Part shown: piece by piece, positions 57,938 through 64,000 of the stretch
Position numbering within the stretch: the first letter of the stretch is position 1
How the letters are laid out: each line of letters begins with the position of its first letter
From: an archaeon GW2011_AR5
GTDB lineage: Archaea; Aenigmatarchaeota; Aenigmatarchaeia; GW2011-AR5
Length of the DNA stretch: 64,000 bases
Reading direction: 5' to 3'
Assembly (NCBI GenBank): GCA_000806115.1
Contig: JWKQ01000002.1
Coordinates: 52,497 to 116,496, forward strand
Notes under the pieces: generated by a model
Database searches by the model: none
The model's input: only the letters and a program-made list of their open reading frames with translations
What the model was told of the DNA's origin: nothing
Made by a program: the position numbers and the translations under genes

Positions 57938-59341
57938 TCAATCGCTCCAGCTCTTGTCCTCTCCGGTTCCCATTCTTATGAGTTTTGCAAGGAATATTGC
58001 GCTGCCTATGGCTAGCGGCGCTGAAAACAGCGTGCTGAACCTTATCGCCACTATCGTTGCGAGGAATGGTCCAAGGAACCACACAAGCAGCAGCAGCACC
58101 GTATCAACATGATGTCTCTTCTGGTAGTATGAGTAGAGAAGGTAAATCAGGGTGTAAATCATCAGGAAGAATGATGAGATGAGTATGGCGGGTCCGCCGA
58201 CGACGCTGGTGCGCTCTATTATTTCGCGCGGTCCGCCGGATTGCTGGAGTTCCGCCACCGACACATATACGTTCGGGAACTGGTAGTCCTCGCCTTTTAT
58301 TGACTGGAACTGTATCGGTCCCGCGAGCGCCGAGGTGATTTTCGTGTCGCCATACGACGGCACCGTCAGCGCGAAGGAAAGCGCGGTGTAGATGACGAAA
58401 CTTATTATTATGTATTTTGTGTCGTGCCAGCCCAGCTTGACGTTTCGTTTCTTCATTATAGTGAAGAGCAGCTTGAGGGCAATGAATCCCGTGAAAAGCC
58501 ACGTTATGTACCAGTATCCTGCCCATGTGGAGTACCATACCCAGAGCACAACAGAAGTGAGAACTGAATAGAGCAGCAGCTTCTTGTCAAGCCGTTTTGA
58601 TTCACTGGCGTATTTGTACGTGAAAATCATTGCAGCCATGACTATCGTGGATACCAGTATGACTATTGCATCCGAGTCGGGGTCTCCCCCGAGGCTTCTC
58701 GACAGGTTGCTGATGTCGAAGACGTAGATGAATGCTGCAAGGACGCCCGCGCGCCTGTCATATAACATCTTGCCTATGAAGTAGAGAGGTATCACTGCTA
58801 GCGTGGCTAAAAATGGCGGGAAATATATCAGGAATTCCCATAGCTGCATTGGCGTTAGCGCGTTTACCGCCATGTAGCTGTACGCGCCTATGTAGAAATA
58901 CGGGTACACCCATTCCGGCGGCCTGTAAAAGCCCACAGGCGCCAGCTCATAAGTGTCCAGTGTCGGCAGGACGCCGTTGTTAATAACTGTCTCGTCCATC
59001 CATCTGTAAAATACGTACGAGTCTATGTTCCTCAGGTAAGGCCAGCGGTAATCTATCAGGCGTACGTACATGCTGAGGAGCATTATTATGATTATGGCGA
59101 CTACTGTCCACCTGCTTTTCATCAAATCCTTGAATTTTCTTCTCTTGATTTTCTCAGTCGTGTGAGCGTAGAGATAGTATAGAAGCGCTCCAAGAAGTGG
59201 GATTACAATGGCCAGGACCGCCCACTTTATGGGTTTTCGCGTCCTGATTATGTCCGACAGCGACCAGACTAGTGAGGTTATCCACAGCGCAATCAGAATG
59301 ATGAAAGATGTTGCCAGAATCCCGGCTATTTCATGCGTCAT
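57938..59341 (-). CDS. aglB: Oligosaccharyltransferase AglB/STT3, N-terminal membrane half, with a PLDc_N-like leader
   Basis: VRL....LRNIDSY..YR, RS.GG..DSD, SVAELQ, AIRF. Confidence 0.8.
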   Translation of the reverse strand: MTHEIAGILATSFIILIALWITSLVWSLSDIIRTRKPIKWAVLAIVIPLLGALLYYLYAHTTEKIKRRKFKDLMKSRWTVVAIIIIMLLSMYVRLIDYRWPYLRNIDSYVFYRWMDETVINNGVLPTLDTYELAPVGFYRPPEWVYPYFYIGAYSYMAVNALTPMQLWEFLIYFPPFLATLAVIPLYFIGKMLYDRRAGVLAAFIYVFDISNLSRSLGGDPDSDAIVILVSTIVMAAMIFTYKYASESKRLDKKLLLYSVLTSVVLWVWYSTWAGYWYITWLFTGFIALKLLFTIMKKRNVKLGWHDTKYIIISFVIYTALSFALTVPSYGDTKITSALAGPIQFQSIKGEDYQFPNVYVSVAELQQSGGPREIIERTSVVGGPAILISSFFLMIYTLIYLLYSYYQKRHHVDTVLLLLVWFLGPFLATIVAIRFSTLFSAPLAIGSAIFLAKLIRMGTGEDKSWSD

Positions 59342-59385
59342 TTAAACACTAACCAATTTTTCCTTATAATGGATAAAAAGCTATT

Positions 59386-59967
59386 TTATCGTTTTCTTCC
59401 GACAGCTATGTAATTCATGCCAGCCTCGAAATTCTCTGATACAGTAATAGAGAAGCCGTTTTTTCCCAGCAATTTCTCTATCTCTTTGGGGGTGAAGTAA
59501 TGTTTGTGGTCTTCCGTGGTCTTTTCTTCCGTCAGCCCGAGTTTCACAAGAGTCTCCCAGAAAGGCTTGGCTCTTCCCATCGGCGTCGTTATTATTATCG
59601 TGCCGTCTTTCTTCAGCACCCTTCTTACCTCCGACAGGACTTTTTCCGGTTTCTCCAGGTGTTCTATGAATGCTATCATCGTGGCGACGTCAAACATACC
59701 GGACTTGAAAGGCAGCTTCTCGTCAATGCGTGTCCTCCTTATTGTTATGTTGCCGTCCTTCCTGTCCTTCACGGCTATGTCAATGCCGATGCCTCCCTTG
59801 ATCTTGTCCTTTACGGATCTGAGAAGATAGTAATCGCTGCCGCATCCCATGTCGAGCATTGTGGCGCCAGCCGGCACGTATTCCGCCACTTTTTTGTTGC
59901 GTATCACCCTGAAAAATTTGACGAAAAATTTTGTTTTCTTTTCCGCGCTCGTCTTCTTTCGGTTCAT
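59386..59967 (-). CDS. Class I SAM-dependent methyltransferase
   Basis: LDMGCG, LPF....FD, EHL, RVLKKDG. Confidence 0.88.
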   Translation of the reverse strand: MNRKKTSAEKKTKFFVKFFRVIRNKKVAEYVPAGATMLDMGCGSDYYLLRSVKDKIKGGIGIDIAVKDRKDGNITIRRTRIDEKLPFKSGMFDVATMIAFIEHLEKPEKVLSEVRRVLKKDGTIIITTPMGRAKPFWETLVKLGLTEEKTTEDHKHYFTPKEIEKLLGKNGFSITVSENFEAGMNYIAVGRKR

Positions 59968-60017
59968 TTAGAAAACTTGGTTTTATCCTTTTTAAGCTGT
60001 TTTTACCTAATTTTCGC

Positions 60018-60674
60018 ATGTTGTCAGTGATAATACCAACAATCAACGAGGAAAAATCCATCGGCAGCACCATCAAATTCGTCGGCAAAGCGCTGAAGGG
60101 GGTGCGCCACGAGATAATAATAATCGACACGAATTCTACGGACCGCACTGTGAGCATTGCCAAGTCGCTCGGCGCGAAAGTTGTGAACGAACCCAGGCGC
60201 GGCTACGGGCGCGCGTACAAAACAGGCTTCAGGCACGCCAAAGGTGGGATAATCGTTACGCTTGACGCCGACTCGACATATCCGGTAGAAGACACAATGA
60301 AGCTCGTTTCTGCGCTTGAGAACGGCTTTGATTTTGTGTCGGGCATGAGGATTCGTTCGGAGAACATGTCGCTTCTGCACCGCTTCGGCAACTGGGCAAT
60401 AACCGCGACGGCAAACGTCCTTTTCTTCACGCGTTTCATGGACAGCCAGTCGGGGATGTGGGTCTTCAAAAAATCGCTTTTGAAAAGCATGAAATTGACA
60501 AACGACAGCTGGCCGTTCTCGGGAGAGATAAAGATAGAAGCCTGGCGTCACGGACGCTTTTGCGAGGTTCCGATACCGTACGGGCTGCGCAAGGGGCAGT
60601 CAAAAGTCCGAAGCTGGAAGGTTGGCTGGGAAAACATAAAATTCCTGTTCAAGAAGCGCTTTGGGGTGAGCTGA
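60018..60674 (+). CDS. GT2 glycosyltransferase (AglJ/DPM-like)
   Basis: IPTINEE, GYGRA, DADSTYP, DSQSGM. Confidence 0.9.
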   Translation: MLSVIIPTINEEKSIGSTIKFVGKALKGVRHEIIIIDTNSTDRTVSIAKSLGAKVVNEPRRGYGRAYKTGFRHAKGGIIVTLDADSTYPVEDTMKLVSALENGFDFVSGMRIRSENMSLLHRFGNWAITATANVLFFTRFMDSQSGMWVFKKSLLKSMKLTNDSWPFSGEIKIEAWRHGRFCEVPIPYGLRKGQSKVRSWKVGWENIKFLFKKRFGVS

Positions 60675-61328
60675 ATGAAACTCAATCCAAAATATCTTGA
60701 CCCGAAGAAGACTGCAGTCATAGTTGTGGATCTCCAGAATGACTTCTGTCATGAGATAAGCGTGCTTCACAGAAAAAGGTCGCGAAATAAGGCGTGCGCA
60801 TTAAGGGTTTACAAATTTATCGAGGAAGCAGGGAAAGCCGGTGTGGAAGTTCTTTTCGCGCAGCAGATACACGATCCAAGAAAACTGACGTGGCGCCAGA
60901 AAAAATACTATGAAAGGGTTGCATCTGGCGAAAGGGAATTTGGTGCCTATAAGGGAAAACTCAAAATTCCGTGCGCGATGGGAACCTTCGGTGCGGAATA
61001 CTTTGATTACAAACCGCCGAAGAACAAGCTTTTCGTAAAGAGTGGTTTCGATATATGGCAAAACGAACAATTCAAAGAATTCCTAGACAAACATAAGATA
61101 GAAACGCTGATTATAACAGGCGTGGAGCTGACATGCTGTATCCTTTACGCAGTCCTTGGCGCAGAGGAGCGCGGCTTCAATATAGTAGTCCCAAAAGATC
61201 TCGTGTCTGGAGTGGATGAGGGAAAGAGAAGTCAAGATAATTTGCTAAAGATAATAGGAGAAATGTATGCCCCTGTTGTTAATTCTGAACAGATTTTGAA
61301 GATATGGACTCAAAAGAGCGGCGTATAG
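60675..61328 (+). CDS. Isochorismatase-family cysteine hydrolase
   Basis: VVDLQNDF, K, TGVELTCC. Confidence 0.88.
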   Translation: MKLNPKYLDPKKTAVIVVDLQNDFCHEISVLHRKRSRNKACALRVYKFIEEAGKAGVEVLFAQQIHDPRKLTWRQKKYYERVASGEREFGAYKGKLKIPCAMGTFGAEYFDYKPPKNKLFVKSGFDIWQNEQFKEFLDKHKIETLIITGVELTCCILYAVLGAEERGFNIVVPKDLVSGVDEGKRSQDNLLKIIGEMYAPVVNSEQILKIWTQKSGV

Positions 61329-62491
61329 AAGAAAGGCGAGCTTATTCTCTGCGTAACATGCAGCATTACGAATCCCGCCATCAGCAGGACAAATATCGCG
61401 TACAATGCCATAATTCCGTAGCTGAGTTTTTTGTTCTCGATTGTTGACAGCGCCATGAATGCAGGGAAAACAACAAGCATATATCTCGACATTCCAAACA
61501 GGTTGGGCCCGAAAAGAAGCGCCGCCATGGTGAGCAAATAATATGCGGTGTATTCGTGCCTGAGTCTTTTGTAAGACACCCATATCAGCGCTATGAACGA
61601 AACGGTGATGAACAGGTTGTAAATATGATAGGACAGATTTATTAATGTCGTGTCGATTATCATGCCATTGATCGCATGGACGAAGCCCTCCCACGGCGGC
61701 GTTAGATGCCTGCCGAACACGGAAGCGCTCTTGAGTTGTATGAACGCGTCGCCGAATGTTACAAGGTCGTACAGCATGAACGCAAGAAAGCCCGCCGGTA
61801 TCAGCAGAAGAGGCAATGAGCTTGCTTTGATTTTTTTGAGGCTGGAAAAAGGTGACTTGTAATTATAACCGGCGCATCTCAGGTACATTATCAGTATTGG
61901 TATGAACAAAAGCACTCCCTGTATTCTTGTGAGCGACGTGAAGAATCCCAGAATTCCTGCCGCAAGCCATTTCTCCTTTCTTGCTGCGTAGAACACCGAA
62001 AGCGAAAGCAGAAGGAACAGGGATTCGGTGTACATCATTGTGAAATAATATGCAGTCGGGAAAAGCAGGAGATAAAGCCCTGTTTTGTACGCGCGTTTCT
62101 TTCCAAGTTCCTGGCTTACGAGAAGGTATAATACCATGACTGCGAGAATTGACGCGATGTTTGCTATAAGGAATGCAGCCAGGTCATACCCCATGAAGCT
62201 GAAGGTTCGGATGAGCAACGGATAAAGCGGGTACCAGTGATAATTGCCGATTCCGCCGAAATTGCCGTTGTATCCGTTCTTTGCTATGTCAAGGTATGCA
62301 GTAGAGTCGTATTGTGCAAAAGGATTCAGGAACCGGTTGTCCGTCACGTGTTGCGTGTGCGTGATTTCTGCGGGGACTACGAACTGTATGGAAACTGCAA
62401 GCACTATCACAAACACTTTCATGATAAGGAAGGCGTAGAGAATTCGCCTGAACTCTCTTTCCTTCCACAGTTCGCGAAGTTTTGACAGCAT
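61310..62491 (-). CDS. PIG-V-like (GT76) membrane mannosyltransferase
   Basis: YDSTAYL.IA..GY, PLYPLL, FPTAYY...YTESLF, TR..G, SRY. Confidence 0.82.
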   Translation of the reverse strand: MLSKLRELWKEREFRRILYAFLIMKVFVIVLAVSIQFVVPAEITHTQHVTDNRFLNPFAQYDSTAYLDIAKNGYNGNFGGIGNYHWYPLYPLLIRTFSFMGYDLAAFLIANIASILAVMVLYLLVSQELGKKRAYKTGLYLLLFPTAYYFTMMYTESLFLLLSLSVFYAARKEKWLAAGILGFFTSLTRIQGVLLFIPILIMYLRCAGYNYKSPFSSLKKIKASSLPLLLIPAGFLAFMLYDLVTFGDAFIQLKSASVFGRHLTPPWEGFVHAINGMIIDTTLINLSYHIYNLFITVSFIALIWVSYKRLRHEYTAYYLLTMAALLFGPNLFGMSRYMLVVFPAFMALSTIENKKLSYGIMALYAIFVLLMAGFVMLHVTQRISSPFFYTPLF

Positions 62492-62542
62492 TCCAACCAA
62501 CACAGAACTTACTTTTAAAAGATTAAAATGAACGTTGGGCTT

Positions 62543-63481
62543 ATGCGGAAGTACAAGATTGGAATGTTGCTCGTAAGCCTTGTCATACTAGCAGCAGTAG
62601 TGATTTATTCCAATCCTGTTGTGCTAGCAGGCCTGCTCGCTGCAAGCGATATGAAATTTATTCTTGCAGGTTTTGTTCTGTCATTCATTGCAATACTTCT
62701 TGGCGTTCTGAAATGGCAGGTACTTCTCAAAGGTGTGAAATTTCGTGAACTTATCCCTATCCAGGTTCTGGGGTTCACAATAAGCAACTTTACCCCTGGG
62801 AAGGCAGGGGAGCCTGCAAAAGCCCTTATACTAAAGGCTGCAAAAGACACGCCAGTCTCGTCATCCCTCGCATCAATAATATGGGAAAGAGTAATGGATG
62901 TTATCGTCCTTATTTTGCTTTCGGCGGCTGCCATCAGCACATTGTCGCTTGGTTCAAATTTCCTGCTGGCAGCCTTTGGTGTGACTGTTTTTGCAGTAAT
63001 CATTATATTGTCAATAGGCGTTCTTTACAGTGAACGCTTTGGCAGAAAGATGTTCTCTTTTGTCAGGAAATTCCCGGTACTTAAGAGGCTGCCCGACAAT
63101 TTCATGGACAAATTTTACAAAACAAAAATCAGCAAGGGCAGTCTTGCGCAGTCATTCATGATATCTCTAATTACGTGGCTGATACTTGGAGTTGTGCTCT
63201 ACTTCTCCCTGCTCGCTTTTGGTGTTGTCATCAATCCATTTGTGTTGTCGGGAATAGTAGCGCTTTCGATTGTGATTGGAATAGCCTCATCACTGCCGGG
63301 TGGCTTGGGCACGACAGAAGTGGTAATGATATTCCTGCTCGGGTTGGTTGGGGTTGACCAGACAGTCGCTGCAGCCTCAGCGCTGACGTTCAGGTTCATG
63401 ACTATATGGTTCGTGAACGTGATGGGCGGCGTGTCATTCATTTACCTCTCAAGGAAATTCAAGATAAAGAATATATTTTAG
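62543..63481 (+). CDS. UPF0104/lysylphosphatidylglycerol synthase TM-family flippase-like protein
   Basis: KWQVLL, TPGKAGE, ERVMD, PGGLGTTE, R. Confidence 0.88.
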   Translation: MRKYKIGMLLVSLVILAAVVIYSNPVVLAGLLAASDMKFILAGFVLSFIAILLGVLKWQVLLKGVKFRELIPIQVLGFTISNFTPGKAGEPAKALILKAAKDTPVSSSLASIIWERVMDVIVLILLSAAAISTLSLGSNFLLAAFGVTVFAVIIILSIGVLYSERFGRKMFSFVRKFPVLKRLPDNFMDKFYKTKISKGSLAQSFMISLITWLILGVVLYFSLLAFGVVINPFVLSGIVALSIVIGIASSLPGGLGTTEVVMIFLLGLVGVDQTVAAASALTFRFMTIWFVNVMGGVSFIYLSRKFKIKNIF

Positions 63482-64000
63482 AACATTCTGGATGCTGTGG
63501 TAAGTGCAAGTTTCATCAGCTTGAGTTTCGGCAACTTCACCCACGCCCCGCTGAACTTGTCGTAGTCGAAATTGCTCAGCTTCTCTATGTCAGGCCCTAT
63601 TTCCCTGAAAATTTTGTCGATGTCGTTGTTCGACAGCTGTCTGTAAATCATCCTGACGAGGAATTGCTTGTCGATTTCCCGTGCAAAGTCCCTTTTCCAC
63701 AGCGCCTCGTAGGGTTTCAAAGCTTTTGCGTCGCATTTTCCTTTCTCCATCGCTTCCCGAATAGCGACAGCCGCGTACCCGGCCGCCTTCAGTCCGAACA
63801 TTATGCCGCCGCCGGTAAGCGGTTTGTTCTGTCCGCAGGCGTCGCCGACCAGCAGCGTCCTGTCGGCATAGCTTTTCACATAGCCTGTGGGTATAAGGTA
63901 CGCCAAAATGTCGCCGCCGGGAAGGAAAAGTTTCTTCTCGAAGTGCTTCAGGTACTCTCGCGGCCTGATCGATGAAATAGTCCCATATTCGTCGTTTTGC
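63478..64000 (-). CDS. Geranylgeranyl reductase-family flavoprotein, C-terminal part
   Basis: LLVGDACGQNKPLTGGGI, YEALW; frame open to the window edge. Confidence 0.8.
   Translation of the reverse strand, partial: QNDEYGTISSIRPREYLKHFEKKLFLPGGDILAYLIPTGYVKSYADRTLLVGDACGQNKPLTGGGIMFGLKAAGYAAVAIREAMEKGKCDAKALKPYEALWKRDFAREIDKQFLVRMIYRQLSNNDIDKIFREIGPDIEKLSNFDYDKFSGAWVKLPKLKLMKLALTTASRMF

Overview
Archaeal genomic window, most likely from a DPANN-type lineage (archaeal TyrRS/SerRS/TopA, AglB, beta-CASP RNase, RtcA, TATA-type promoters). Headline result: a diversity-generating retroelement (DGR) at 1399-3754 on the minus strand whose template repeat (TR, 2477-2687) is interrupted by three short inserts (17, 58 and 27 nt). 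Each insert folds into an archaeal bulge-helix-bulge (BHB) splice motif. Cutting at the canonical BHB positions rebuilds a 109-nt TR exactly collinear with the 109-nt variable repeat (VR, 3108-3216) of the neighbouring target gene, with 13 mismatches, all at TR adenines. This suggests a DGR whose template RNA must be spliced by the host tRNA-splicing machinery. No avd gene is visible; the TR sits in a ~480-nt structured RNA, and a free-standing LAGLIDADG gene follows the RT. The rest is housekeeping genes (3.8-20 kb, including a disrupted rtcA and a racemase/aaRS-like operon) and a ~44-kb surface-glycosylation region. That region holds a GDP-heptose pathway, N-formyl amino-sugar genes with embedded folate C1 genes, three B12-radical SAM enzymes, many glycosyltransferases and a split AglB. 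Several families of structured intergenic repeats are also present. All calls were made by eye from sequence and motif recognition; no database searches or folding programs were run.
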